Position numbers and translations under genes: made by a program. A stretch of DNA of 64,000 nucleotides from Okamejei kenojei (lineage: Eukaryota): contig CM069143.1 in assembly GCA_035221665.1 (NCBI GenBank), forward strand, positions 45,322,001 through 45,386,000, read 5' to 3'. The notes below the pieces were generated by a model. The model ran no database searches, had not been told where the DNA came from, and saw only the letters and a list, made by a program, of their open reading frames with translations. Every line of letters starts with the position of its first letter. Position 1 is the stretch's first letter. Positions 1-12,617 of this stretch are shown here, in pieces.

Positions 1-268
1 GGCTAGATGCAGGAAGATTGTTCCCGATGTTGGGGAAGTCCAGGACAAGGGGTCACAGCTTAAGGATAAGGGGGAAATCCTTTAAGACCGAGATGAGAAA
101 GACTTTCTTCACACAGAGAGTGGTGAGTCTCTGGAACTCTCTGCCACAGAGGGTAGTTGAGGCCAGTTCATTGGCTTGAGTTGGATGATCAGCCATGATC
201 ATATTGAATGGCGGTGCAGGCTCGAAGGGCTGAATGGCCTACTCCTGCATCTATGTTTCTATGTTTCT
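1..268 (+). mobile_element. CR1-clade LINE 3' end (runs off window start)
   Basis: RT C-terminal remnant, 3' UTR and (CTATGTTT)n tail; nearly identical to 45731-46080. Confidence 0.85.
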
Positions 269-685
269 AATAAGCCTGTTGGATTGTTCTGTAAAACTCA
301 ATCAGTTCTTTAGATTCTTTGAGGGAATGAGGTATATCACTCTTCCCAAGTTTAGGTCTATATGGAGTTCTAATCTTATTTATCTCAACTTATTATCTCT
401 CAATATGAAAGAAAGATCCATTATCACAATCTTGGCTTAAACTAGGCATGGGAATAAATGGCAACCTCACCAGTAAATCCTACAAACCAAAGATCGTTTT
501 TTTTAAATATCAGGACACACCTGGCTTCACCAATGATAGAATATGCAATCTGTTGCTTTACATGTGCTATTCCTAAATTTCCTCTTATAAACATAGATAA
601 TTTTCCGTTCTTGAAGAGTAAATTCAGTCCATCCGGCAATTGTTCTTATGGCTCATGAAAGTGCTGGTTCTGGCTGGGAGAATTT

Positions 686-816
686 ACATGAAGAAGGGCC
701 TCAACCTGAAATGTCTCCCATTCCTTCTCTCCATTGATGCTGCGTGTCCCGATGAGTTTCTTTAGAAATATTTGTCTATCTTCGATGTAAACCAGCATCT
801 GCAGTTCCTTCCTACA
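686..816 (+). mobile_element. Penelope pseudo-LTR fragment with degenerate hammerhead core
   Basis: tgaagaagggcctcaacctgaaatgtc followed by the family tail ...aaaccagcatctgcagttccttcctacac. Confidence 0.7.
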
Positions 817-947
817 CAAACCTTCTGCCATCATTTGATAGTAACAGCCTTGCCACTTTCTCAGGTTTTAGTTAATTGTGCATGCTTTAAATGTGAGCCC
901 ACAGCATGAATTTTAGATGCCTATTCCAATGCATAGGAACGTTAACT

Positions 948-1044
948 ATTCATGTTTTCCAGAGATGCTGCCTGCCCTATAGAGTTACCCCAGCATTTTG
1001 TGTCATTCCTTGGTAAATCAGCATCTGCAGTGCCTTGTTTCTAC
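948..1044 (+). mobile_element. Penelope pseudo-LTR fragment
   Basis: ccagagatgctgcctg...gagttaccccagcattttgtgtc...cagcatctgcagt, same family as the other copies. Confidence 0.65.
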
Positions 1045-1187
1045 AGAGGGCATTACTGTTATGTACAGCCCATGTAGAGAATGAGATCTTCCTAACCATA
1101 GAATTCCAAGATCAGTAATACCATCTTCACCAGAGAGGAGACAGGTGGGTTGCTATTTGGGAATGGAATCAAATATCCTTATTTTTT

Positions 1188-1412
1188 GTGTAGGAAAGAA
1201 ATGCAGATGCTGGTTTATACCTTAGACAGAAAATGTTGGAGTAACCCAGCGGGTCAGGCAGCATCTCTAGAGAAAAGGAATAGATGACATTTCGGGTCAG
1301 AACCCTTCCGCAGACTGAAAAGGGTCTGAGGAAGGGTTTCAACCTGAAATGTCACCCACCCTTTTTCTCCAGAGATGCTGCCTGACCTGCTGTTATTCCA
1401 GCATTTTCTGTC
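1188..1412. mobile_element. Fold-back (inverted) Penelope pseudo-LTR insert with a hammerhead core on each arm
   Basis: Arms about 1225-1315 and 1324-1412 are reverse complements; flanked by direct repeat tatccttatttttt (1174-1187 and 1413-1426). Confidence 0.8.
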
Positions 1413-2072
1413 TATCCTTATTTTTTTCACAGGCTTAAGAAGATGCCTATTCTATCAGAGGGTTGGATGTAACATTAATCTCTTGTGCATTGAAATAGCA
1501 AGGTAAAATTCACACCGTAGACTCACATTTAATGCATCGACTTAACAAAAACAGACTGAATCACAAAATCTGCCATGTTGCTACTATCAAGTGGTGGCTC
1601 CCCCAGCCAGAACCAGCACTTTCAGAGGGTAATTTGTTATGAGAAATAGAACCATTCTGCCACTTTTTATCAAAAGAGTTTACCTGTGAGTGAATCACTA
1701 CAGCACTGGGGGATTTTATTACTGAAGAAAAAATTACCAAAATCACTCCTGGAAAACTAATCATACCCCAGCAAACCCTGGCAACCCATGGCTCTCCCTG
1801 ACTCCCCGTATCCTCCAACCCTGGGCTTTTATCCTCCAAGAGGAAAAAACCTCATGCAAGCTTTATAAAGCAAAGGTGTGTGGACAATTAAATTATCCAG
1901 GGGCAGACCCACAAAGAGCTGGCAACCTGCTGCTATCCAACTTTTTAAATATGCCTTGTTACATTGTGTTCTTCTACCCCATCACACATTGAAAAACAAT
2001 TTGGTTCATCCCCCTCAACATAGACAAACGACCTAAGTCTATAACAATTCATTCCCCAAAGGGTTTTGCTTT

Positions 2073-2073
<1 letters not shown>

Positions 2074-2110
<37 letters not shown>
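2074..2110. repeat. (CT)n microsatellite
   Basis: Direct reading. Confidence 0.95.
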
Positions 2111-2113
<3 letters not shown>

Positions 2114-2919
2114 AGGTTGTTGTTGTTCATCTGGAGGCAATAGAGAGTGTACCATCTTTAAATAATTTGTTTTAAAGTATTGTGCTTCAAGTAGTTTCCC
2201 GTTTTGTCACTGTCCCACAACTAATTACTTTGAGACATGTGCTTAATGAAGCTTTTTGAAATAATTACAGTAAGAAGTAGTAGTTACCAAAAGGGATTCC
2301 TCCTGCTGTTAGGCATTTTTCAGTCACAACTATACTTGTAGACCAAAATGAAATTGCAACTGTTTTTATCCATAGCCTAAATAATAATCCCATGTGCGCA
2401 TGAAAGCGATAATTTTCAAATTGTTCCTTTTGTGGACAACTGTGCATAAAACTGGAATACAGAGATGCAAGTCATCAATGACCGACAGACCTGTAGACCT
2501 ACTCAAAGAAAGGAATCATTTAGTTTTGAAAATTACTTGTTTCAGCATAGTTGAATTTTACATATAAAGAGGTAGAATATAGAAAGAAGACATATTCCTC
2601 TCTAATACAGACTTCACTTTTAGAAGATGGATTCATAAACATTGGCTTGAGCAGCTTCAGGGACTTAAACTATGCAGTCTCCAAATTCCATGAAAAAGCA
2701 ATCCTGTTTGTAAATCGGGAACTCCAGACATGCTGCAAATATCTGAACACCACTTGCATGAAAGTACCAGCCCAAAATGTTGTAACCTCTGGGACAGATT
2801 TAAATTCAGGATTTTGAGTGATCCAATGTCCATGCATTTGTCCCAGCCAGCTCGGACAATAGTTTACACCCCAGCAGTATGAACATTGACTCATCTAATT
2901 TTTGATAGCCCTTGCTTTC

Positions 2920-3122
2920 TCCCTCCTTTCCCTCGCCCTTCCCAGTTCTCATACAAGTCCTCATCTCCACCCACTTTCTATCTTTTTCCACCCCCCCCCC
3001 CCACCCCGAGATCAGACTGAAGAAGGGTCCCGACCCAAAACGTCACCCATGCCTGAAATGCTGCCTGAAAATGCTGACTGAAATGCTGCCTGGCCCACTG
3101 AGTTACTCCAGCACTAAAGTGT
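2920..3122 (+). mobile_element. Penelope pseudo-LTR fragment with hammerhead-like core
   Basis: Pyrimidine tract, then ctgaagaagggtcccgacccaaaacgtcaccc (about 3017-3048) and gagttactccagcac. Confidence 0.7.
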
Positions 3123-3880
3123 GTAAATGTATACTTTTATAAATTGGGGTAAATAAAGTTAGTTTTCCACAGTATCTAACAGAACTAAAGCTAGAGTTTT
3201 TGCTGTTGACACAGGACTGAAATACACAATGTGCGCAGCACTAAATCTAAACAGATGAGAATTGCTCAGCCATTGATTGAAAAGAAGGGTTACATTTCAG
3301 TTCAAAACTTTGGCAGTACTGAAATATTAACTTGCCTTTTCTCCTTGAGGTGCCAAATGGTTTGTCATGCAATTCCTGATATTTTGGTGGCAAATGCAAC
3401 TTCAGCTTAAACACAAGTTTTACAACAATCAGTTCCTCCAAGTAGAAAATAACTTAACATTTCTTTAAAGTTATGCCAAAACTCTAATACAAAGGTCAAT
3501 TTACCCTTGCATCAAAATGCCATCTTTGATATTTCTGATTTTATTTTAAAGGTAGAAGAGAATGGTCTGTTATACTAAAGTTCAAAGTGTATGAGCATGA
3601 TAAGTTCGGCATAAGTTCCTCAGAAATCATTCAAGATTAGGAATTTAGTTTTAGCTGTTATTAATTATCGGGCCCACTCCTCCCAAACCACTACTCTCCT
3701 CTCTTCCACCATTTCATCAGGATTTGCCTGGAAGGCAGCTCCATGTCAATTTCTGATCTTCAAGCACTGACATGCTACAGCAGATAAACAGATTAACATT
3801 CAAACATCAAATGGTGGAGCCTCAAGACTGTGGTCCTCTGCAGGCTAAAGGTACACACCGCTGCCTTAGAACTCCAACAC

Positions 3881-4209
3881 GGCACGGTGGCGCAGCGGTT
3901 GAGTTGCTGCCTTACAGGCAAATCCTTGCAGCACCGGAGACCCGAGTTCAATCCTGGCTACGGGTACTGTCTGTATGGAGTTCTCCCTGTGACCTGCGTG
4001 AGCTTTCTCCGAGATCTTCGCTTTCCTCCCACACTCCAAACATGTACAGGTTAGTAGGTTAAATGTCTTGGGTTTGTATACTTGGTATACGTGTAAATCA
4101 TCCTGAGTGTGTGTAGGATAGTGTTAATGTGCGAGGATCGCTGGTCAGCATGGAGTCGGTGGGCTGAAGGACCTGTTTCCTCGCTGTATCTCTAAACTTA
4201 ACTAAACTA
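3881..4209 (+). mobile_element. tRNA-derived V-SINE (HE1-like)
   Basis: Head ggcacggtggcgcagcgg (A box), gagttcaatcc (B box), conserved body, CR1-like 3' end with (CTAAA)n tail. Confidence 0.85.
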
Positions 4210-5105
4210 CACTCGCCTTGTACAAATGGACCAATTTGTCACGCAAGTTGTTAAAGTGTTTTGAAGACTTCCACCAAGTCATGATAAAGGGTTTTTTCAG
4301 TTTTGGTGAAGCATGCAATATTTTATTTTAAATAGGTCCCAACAGGGAAGAAAAAACTGGAATAGCCAGACTGTCACAATGTAAAAAGCATGAAGGATAT
4401 TGAGCTGTGTCATAGCTGTGTTCTCTCTGTCACATTACCCTTTCTCCCTGCCCCAAAACCTTTGATTTTTTTCTTATTTAACAACATTCTTATTGACAGA
4501 TCTAGGGTTTCCTTGCACTAACTTGAATTTTCCAGTCTCCCTAGTTCTGCAAATATTTAAAATTGAGAATTTGAAATTGGATCCAAAATGTTATTTTCTG
4601 AGCAATAATCTAACATCTACATTGCTGTAATATTATATCTCAAATGCAGCCTTTCAAGCTTATCCAAATTTTTCTACGTTCCCTAGGATTGCTCTTGGTA
4701 TAAGTCAAGCACGAGTCAGATATTTGTATTTTTCACTGAAATAAGACAGACATTGCTCTAGTCCCATTTTGTATTCTTTTGTTTGTGTGAGATATCTCAA
4801 ATTCACAGATAATTAAGTAAATAAGATATGTTGCTGTCCGAAAAAGTGTTGCAACCCGAAATGTCACCAATCTTTGTTCTCCAAGAATGCCTCCTAACTC
4901 CAGCAATTTGTGTCATTTTCATGGAAATAAGATTGGAGTTTTCAATCCAAATGAGAATATTAGCAGAGTTAAATTGAATGGATTGGTATAATGCAAACTG
5001 TCCTTCATAACACCTTGGAGCGAGCCTGCAATCCAATCTTGACCATGGCATTCAGGGTCAGTCAATGATAAACAAATAAATGGATAAATCTAATCAAAAT
5101 GTACT

Positions 5106-5800
5106 GACACAAGGAAATGCAGATGTTGGAATCTTGAGCAAAACACAAAGTGCTGGAAGAACTCAGCGGGTCAGGCAACATCTGCTTTCAAGAGAGAGCT
5201 AGATAGGGCTCTTAAAAATGGCGGTGTCAGGGGATATGGGGAGAAGGCAAGAACGGGGTACTGATTGGGGATGATAAGCCATGGTCACATTGAATGGCAG
5301 TGCTGGCTCGAAGGGCCAAATGGCCTACTCCTGCACCTATTGTCTATTGTCTATTGCTTATAACATCTGTGGTGGAAATACAGATGACATTTCGGGTTCT
5401 GGCCCTTCTGCAGATAGATAGTAGTAGGGGGAAGAAAGCTGGAAAAGAGAGTTGGGGGCGGGATAAATCTGGTATTGGTAAGGGGGGGATTTAAATGGCA
5501 GATGGCTGGAATACCTAAGAAAAAGCTGGAGGTAAAAAATGACAAATGGTATCAGATAAGGAGAGAAGAGGAGTGAAAAGCAAAGCCAGAGGGAAGGAGA
5601 GAGTGGACGGGGGCAGGAGGGAGGGGAATAAAAGGAAAATGAGGGACGAGGATAGGCAATGAGTAAATGCAAGAGGGGAAGCAGCTGGGGAACTGGGAAA
5701 GTTGGAGGAATGGATGTGCATTGGGATGAGATGTGCATGGGAAAGAGAGAGGGATGGGAAGTGTTACTACAATTCTCCAATTGCAAGTATCTAACAAAGG
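5106..5800 (-). mobile_element. Penelope 3' region interrupted by a CR1 tail (about 5186-5360, +)
   Basis: Pseudo-LTR motifs (aaagtgctggaagaactcagcgggtcaggc; gatgacatttcgggttctggcccttctgcag) and purine-rich tract; the inserted piece ends in a (CTATTGT)n tail. Confidence 0.6.
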
Positions 5801-5807
5801 TATATTT

Positions 5808-6068
5808 GGTAGAGTTGCTGCCTTACAGCGCCAGAGAACCACATTCGATCCTCACTAAGGGGACTGTCTGGGTAGAGTTTGTATGTTTTCCAAATGACCC
5901 CGTGGGTTTTCCTCCCACATTCCAATGGCGAGCAGATTTGTAGGTTAATTGCTTCTGCAAATTGTCTATAGTGTGTAGGATGGAACTATTGTGCGGGTGG
6001 TCGCTGGTCGGCACTGCCTCGGTGGGCTGAGGGGCTTGATTCCACACTATTTCTAAAGTAAACTGAAC
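5808..6068 (+). mobile_element. V-SINE (HE1-like), 5'-truncated
   Basis: Similarity to 3881-4209. Confidence 0.8.
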
Positions 6069-6074
6069 ATAAAA

Positions 6075-6530
6075 GGATGTCAAAGACTCACTAGATTGAT
6101 TCCAGCGAAGGTGAGTGGCCATGTGAGAAAAGAACAACTAGAATGAGCCTGTATTCTCTCTAATTTAGAAGAAAGAAAGGAGATCTTACTGAAACATAAA
6201 ATTTCTATTAGACTCAATATACACGGTTTTGCAGGGAGACTGTTTCACTGGCCAGTGAATCCAGAACCACGGGCAACATTCTCAGAATATGGAATAGATC
6301 ATTTAGGACTGAGATGAGGCTAAACTGCTTCACACAGGCGAGGAATCTCTGTAACTCTCTCTCTGGAGGCTGAGTTACTGATTCAAAACAGAGATCAATG
6401 GATATTACAGGAACCAACAGATCGTGCAAGTAAACAGCACCAAGGTAGAAACTTAGCCTTAATCTCAATGAATGGCAGAGGAGGCTTGAGGGTCCAAATG
6501 AGCTACGCCTGCTCATATGTTTAATGCTCC
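6075..6530 (+). mobile_element. Degenerate CR1 3' fragment
   Basis: tattctctctaatttagaag...gatcttactgaaacataaaa, tttaggactgagatgagg and 3' UTR motifs. Confidence 0.65.
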
Positions 6531-6824
6531 TATGCTGTGATATCAAGGAAACCTCAGCAAAATCAGGCCTGTAATGCAGCATTGATTCTCACTGTAAACC
6601 AGTGCTGCAAGGACTCTTACTTGACTGGACATTGCACAGGGATGTTCCTTCTTATGCAATTCCTGAATTTGTGTACAATTACTGTCCATTAAAGGCCTGG
6701 ACTTTGCAGCACTTATTTGCACAACCCATTGGGTATAAGAAAATTGTTATTGCAAACGAAAATGGCGTGCCTCACTTGTATTTAGCCATTTGAAGGCACA
6801 ATTCAATCAATATGCTTCTAGGAT

Positions 6825-9020
6825 TATTCTCACAAATTGAAACATGGTAAAAAGATTCCAGAATGGTTCCCAAGGATTGGAGGATGGCAAATGTAATTAA
6901 ATTATTTAAGGGAACTGGAAGAGAGAAAATGGAAAACTTAAGCCAAACAATGTGCAGGTACCATGACATTATTTAAAAGACATTTGGACAGGTACATGGA
7001 TAGAAAACGTTCAGAGAGATATGGGCTGAACACAGACAGGTGGGACTAGAGTAGATGGGTCATCTTGATTGGCTAGAGAAAGTTGAGCCAAAGGGCCCAT
7101 GACTACAACTCGTGTTCTATGACTACAACCACAGCCCCTGTTTGCTTGAAATCAGGAGTAGTGAAAATACTAAAATCTAATGTTCAAGAAATGGTTGCAG
7201 TGCACTTGGAAAACATGAAATGGAATGGGCAGTGTTAATAATGATTTGTGAAAATCCGCTCTGTCAAATCTGTTACAACTTTTTGAGGTTGTAGCTAAGA
7301 CAAATAATTTAGTTTAGTTTAGTTTAGAGATAAAGTGCGGAAACAGGCCCTTAGGCCCACCATGTCCACACCGACCAGCGATCCCCGCACATTAACACTA
7401 TCTTATACTATGGTCAATTTTTACCAAGCCAATTAACCTACAAACCTGTACATCTGTGGAGTGTGAGAGGAAACCAAAGTTCTCGGAGAAAACCCATGTG
7501 GGTCACGGTAAGAACACACAAACTCCATAGAGACAACACCCGTAATCAGGATCGATCCCGGGTCTCTGGCACTGCCAGTGCTGTAAGACAGCAACTCTAC
7601 CGCTGCGTATATTTGGGTTTCCAGATGACAGATGAGGTGCCACACATGAGGCTTTGAAAGTAATATATTGAGGATTGGTTAATGTACAGGAAACTGAGAG
7701 CATAAATAATTAATTCATTATTGGGCTGGGAGGCTGTGACAAGCGGGCACTGCAGGGACTAGTGCTGGGGCTTGAGATGTTCATGATCCATAACATGATT
7801 TGGAAATGGGGACAACTTGACACACAACCAAGTTTGCTATTGTTACTACATTGAGTGGCAGTGTGGATTGTGAGGAAGATTAAAATAATTTTCAAGGCGA
7901 CCTAGAAAGGCAAAGTGAATAGGCAAGGCCATGTTCAATGGAACATAATGTGGAAAAATGTAAAGCCATCAACTCTGGTCAGCCAGTAAACCTACATTTT
8001 TTAAATGGCAAGAAACTGATGGATGTTGATGTTCAGAGGGACCAGTTAGTCCTTGTGAACAAATCAGGTACATCAAGCAACTGGAAAGGCCAACGATATG
8101 TTGTGAAAAAAAGACATAAATTGCTGGAGTAAGTCAGCAAGTCAGGCAGCATCTCTAGAGAACATGGACAGGGGCGGTCCGCATTCAGAGCCTTCTTCAG
8201 ATTGATAGTTCCTCCAAACAATTTGTTGGCCTTTCTTGCAAAAGGATTTGTGTGCAAATGCAGATGTCTTATTGCAATTATGCAGGTGACCCCCCACATT
8301 ACGGAGCAGGTGTGTACTCCTGGAAGATGTATTTTCCATAATGCAAAACCACATCATCTCTGAATGCGTCAAGAAATGCGAATTGAAAATAAATTGTGTT
8401 TATTAATTTACTTTTTCCCCCCGATATTCCATGTGAGTGATTTTTATTCCATATCTCAAAAATAGGGAATTTGGTACAAGTTTCCAGCTTGATATTACCT
8501 GGAATAATGCAAGCAGGTCTCCCTATGTAGGCGAGATGTATTAGTGACAGAGGGAGTGTGTTATGAGGCTTCACCAAATGATTTCTGAGATAGGGGAACT
8601 GCCTTGTAAAAATGATTAGGCACACTGGATCTGCAACTGTCTTGAATTCAGAAGCATGCGATTAACTAACTGAAACATGTAACATTCTTAAAGGGTGTTA
8701 CAGGATAACTGCAGAGATTTTTTTTTTCCTTGACTGGAGCTTCAAAATAAGGGGCCAGCCTTTCAGGACTGAAATGAGGAGAAATGTTTTCTCCCAGAGA
8801 TAACAATTCTTTGCAATTCTCCTTGCAACTGTGAATGCCATGTTACTGACTATATTCAAGGCAGGGATTGTGAGATTTTTGGATATTAATGAGATCAAGG
8901 GCATGGGGTCAGTGCAGGGCAGTGGCACATTGGTAAAAGATCAGCCATAATCTCTCTGAAAACAAATTAGGTATGAGGGGACGTGGCCTACTCCTGTCTG
9001 TATTTCTTATGTTCTTATAC
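6825..9020 (+). mobile_element. Old fragmented CR1 RT region with nested SINE, CR1 tail and Penelope pieces
   Basis: Remnants of VPxDWxxANV (6863-6893), NVEKC (7947-7961) and 3' tail ttcttatgttcttat (about 9004-9018). Confidence 0.6.
7308..7607 (-). mobile_element. V-SINE (HE1-like)
   Basis: Reverse complement of the family; (TTTAG)n at left end. Confidence 0.85.
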
Positions 9021-9112
9021 TTTCATTAGAATTACTAGTCAATTATTCTAAAGTGGATCAATTACTAAAATAGATCAATTTCTTATTCCAAAAACATGCA
9101 AGAAAACAAAAC

Positions 9113-9412
9113 ATGGTGGCACAGCGGTAGAGATGCTGCCTTACAGCCCCAGAGACCCGGGTTCGATCCTGACTGCAGGTGCTATCTGTAGGGAGTTTGC
9201 ATGTTCTCCCTGTGACCACGCGGGCTTCCTCTGGGTGATCCGGTTTCCAACCACATTCCAAAGATGTACAGGTTTTTAGGTTAATCGGCTTTGGTAAAAA
9301 TTATAAATTATCCTTGGTGTGTAGAATAGTGCTAGTGTACAGTGATCGTTGGTCGGCATGGAATCGGTGGGCCAAAGGCCCTGTTTCCTCACTGTATCTC
9401 TAAACTAAAATA
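9113..9412 (+). mobile_element. V-SINE (HE1-like)
   Basis: A/B boxes, body, ctaaactaaa tail. Confidence 0.85.
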
Positions 9413-9527
9413 AACTTGTATTGATAATGTGGATTTATTTACTTACAAAAGGATCAACAACTCTTCGGAGTAACTGTATTATTTTAAATGAGCCAAGACA
9501 TTTTTCTGCTCCGAAATCTCAACGCAG

Positions 9528-9875
9528 AAATCTAGACTGACACTCCCCCACAGTACTGAACGTTTCCAGCAATATTTGAGATGTTATCTTCATGTGACAT
9601 AATCAAATTAGTCCATCTGCTCTCACAAGTGGACATTAAGGACTAATAACCCTATAACAAAAAGTAGGAGAGTCATTCCAAGTGTCCTACCCAACATTTA
9701 TCACTCAAATACTACTGAAAAGTAAGGATCTGGTCATTATCAAATTGCTGTCTGTGGGAGTTTACCGAGTACAAATTAGACGTCATGTTTCCTGCATTTT
9801 AACAGTGACTGCCTTTCATGAACTACTTCATCATCTGTGAAGTACTGACTGAAGACTTTGCAAGTCTTGCTTTTC
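9528..9875 (+). mobile_element. Deu-domain SINE (SacSINE1/AmnSINE1-like), old copy
   Basis: Collinear motifs aatctagactgacactcc, gtggacattaagga, gtgtcctacccaacatttatc, atctggtcattatcaaattgctgtctgtgggag, tgtttcctgcattttaacagtgact match the Deu-SINE consensus as I recall it. Confidence 0.75.
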
Positions 9876-10971
9876 GTCACCTGCCAGTCCTGCCAAACCA
9901 TGCCTCCTGCAGGCAAAATACCTGCGCTCTGACAAGCATGGACAGTGTCTTAATCTTTATGTAAACCTGCCAGTAAAGGCTATTTAACTCTGCTGATCTG
10001 TAGCATCACAGTTTGATTCTAATGCACTAGTCCCTTTTAGCCATTAACGAGTAGGTCATTTGGAGTCATGGCAATAGACCCTAATGGTGCAAGGGAAATA
10101 TAGGTTCATCCTTAACTATCGTTATTGATGCCTCGCTTCCTCATCAGTTGCCTGGGTTCTAAGGTGGTTGACAAGGTCAATGTAAGACTTATAGAAACTC
10201 CACAGGTGAGGCTCAAGTGTTTGATGGGCCAGGTGGTTGGGTAGTTAGAAAGGTTCTTGGTTTCTTGGTTTCTTGGTTCTCCAAAATATTCCAAATGGAA
10301 TTTAAACTGGAGGTTCTGTTCTGCATAGAGCAGCCTTTTCCCTTATCTGCTCTATGCTTCCAACTACTCCTAAAAAAAGAACTTGAGGTTCACTGTGGCA
10401 TTCTTTCTGCTTGAGCAGTAATGGCCGAAGGATTCCCATGTGTCAGTGAGAATGTTACATTGTTTTACAAGAAAGCTTTCAAAACACCTTGCAATTATTT
10501 CCTCCGACTAACCTGCAACATCCTGCCTGTGCACAGATCAGAGTGGTGTTTGTTTCAAGAGTCTGGTGTCGGTCTAGTCTGTGGCGTTGCCCGCCCTTTG
10601 AAACTGACTGATTAACAATTACTGCAACTACACTGATAAATATAACATGGAAAAACAGATCTTCAGTAAACTAGGGCTCTTACTGACCAAGGCTAATGAT
10701 TCTTACACAAGGTGATGGAGTACCACTTATGTAGAAAGACAATCTATAGTCTGTGAAACAGCCACACTAATTCTCCAGCTGACCTGAAAGGATGTGGGAC
10801 CTGTTAAATTAGAGATCCATTGCTGTAATAAACGTGGTTCAAGTGTTTTTCAAAAAGATAAAGGTGCAACTCAACATAATTTAAAAATAAGCAAAAGTAA
10901 TGAATGTTTGCATTTTTAAAGGACTTACTCCCAATGTCTAATTCACACAATCCAAGGGTAATATTGTACTC

Positions 10972-11071
10972 AAGATAGACACAAAAAGCTGGAGTAATTC
11001 GGCGGGACAGGCAGCATCTCTGGAGAGAAGGAATGGGTGATGTTTCGGGTCAAGACCCTTCTTCAGACTTC
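10972..11071 (-). mobile_element. About 100-bp Penelope pseudo-LTR insert with hammerhead core and TSD
   Basis: Minus strand gtctgaagaagggtcttgacccgaaacatcaccc; 9-bp direct repeat attgtactc at 10963-10971 and 11072-11080. Confidence 0.8.
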
Positions 11072-11769
11072 ATTGTACTCTATTCTTTGGCCCAAGGTAT
11101 GAGATTATATTACTGAAATATTAAGATTTAGTTGTCAGTTCTGCACATGGCAACTCATCTACCTTTACGGCACAGCCAAATGTTCCACAATGATTATCAG
11201 AAAGTTGGTAAAATGGCATATGATTTAATATAGCCTGAATTTATCCATCACCTCAAGACAAAATTACCACTGCCCTCGCCAATCATTCTATCAGAGGCAT
11301 TTTACTGATAGATTCACTGTGAAGTTTCCTCATGATCGCTAACTTGCCAATATTCTATTCTGTTAACAAGCCACACAGAAGTGCCAGATATTATGTCACA
11401 TTTACCCAACAAAGAGAGAGATTTGACCCCAGTTTTCAGAGTTCCTATCAGACAAATAAAAGTGGTGAACTAATGTAGGAGCAACAGAACTATTGCCAAC
11501 ATTCTCTTTCTAGGATATCAGCAAAAGATTTAAACCCTGAACCAATTTGAAGGTGGGGTTATCCACCAAGCAGATTTGTATGCAGAGGATTGACATTTTT
11601 GTTCTAGAAAGACGATGTGAAGTCTGCAGGTAGGCAAATGAACCTTAAGTTCTCCACAGCAGCATTGACGATGTGAATGGTCAAGATCAGCAGACACCAA
11701 AGCTCTGTCAGGGGCGGAGACAGCAACAGATCCCAGTGGGGACAGTTGTGCAAGTAGAATTTACATTTC

Positions 11770-11905
11770 CTTATCTCTGTAACTCCCTCTCCCCTGATGC
11801 TCAGTCTGAATAAGGGTCCTGACCCGAAACATCAAAATGCTGAGTTATTCCAGCATTATGTGTCTATTTTCAGGGTAAACCACCATCTGCAGTTCCTTCA
11901 TACAC
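11770..11905 (+). mobile_element. Penelope pseudo-LTR fragment
   Basis: gtctgaataagggtcctgacccgaaacatc ... catctgcagttccttcatacac. Confidence 0.7.
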
Positions 11906-11909
11906 ATGC

Positions 11910-12530
11910 AAGTAGAATAGACAGTTGGCGCAAACATGAAAATTCCAACAATAGTGAAGAATTTTTAAAAACATTTTTATCAGTTTTGGGAAGGGTAAGA
12001 GCAATCATTCAAGCATTTCAAGAACTGCAGCAAATCCCCTTCAACTTCTCTTCATTTGTGTCTCATGATTCCAGCCTTCCATTAACCATATTTACCTCAC
12101 ATAACTTTCATCGCATCAATTACCTCCAACCATTGGTAGAAGCATTCTGGTTACTCACTGACAGATGATTTTTATGGGGTTCATGTACATGAAGATCAAT
12201 ACAGCTTTTTGTAATGCTATTTATGAGCTCAAACTACTTCTGTTGACTCTTATCTCATCTCATATTATTATTATTTTATTTATTTTCATATTTTTAATTT
12301 CATATTTTTAATTTTCATTTTTAAACTGTATTATTGTTTATTATTGTCTTTTTTATTTCTCCTACCCCCTGATTTGCCATTAACGCTCATTTTCAGATGG
12401 GAGCGGACTTTGTATAAGCCCTCTGGGCTTCCCTTCCCTCCCAGCACTGTATGGTATTATAAATTGATCGTTTGTCTTCTTTTAAAACATGGTGCAAATA
12501 AATAAACAAAACAAATAAACAAATACATTC
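11910..12530 (+). mobile_element. Probable L2-clade LINE 3' end
   Basis: AT-rich UTR, stem-loop aagccctctgggctt (12416-12430) and (AAAT/AAAC)n tail. Confidence 0.4.
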
Positions 12531-12617
12531 TTCTTCCATTTAAAAAAAAAGTAGGCAGCTTATAACTATCTCCAAATATCCAATTTGTCACTTCCTGTAA
12601 AAAGGATTCTGAAATGA

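Noticed and set aside
1560-1930. Unique-looking block as a coding exon or ancient repeat
   Set aside because: No recognisable protein, family or convincing splice pair.
5351-5943. Pro/Ser/Leu-rich ORFs
   Set aside because: Translations of the purine/pyrimidine tract of a Penelope 3' region.
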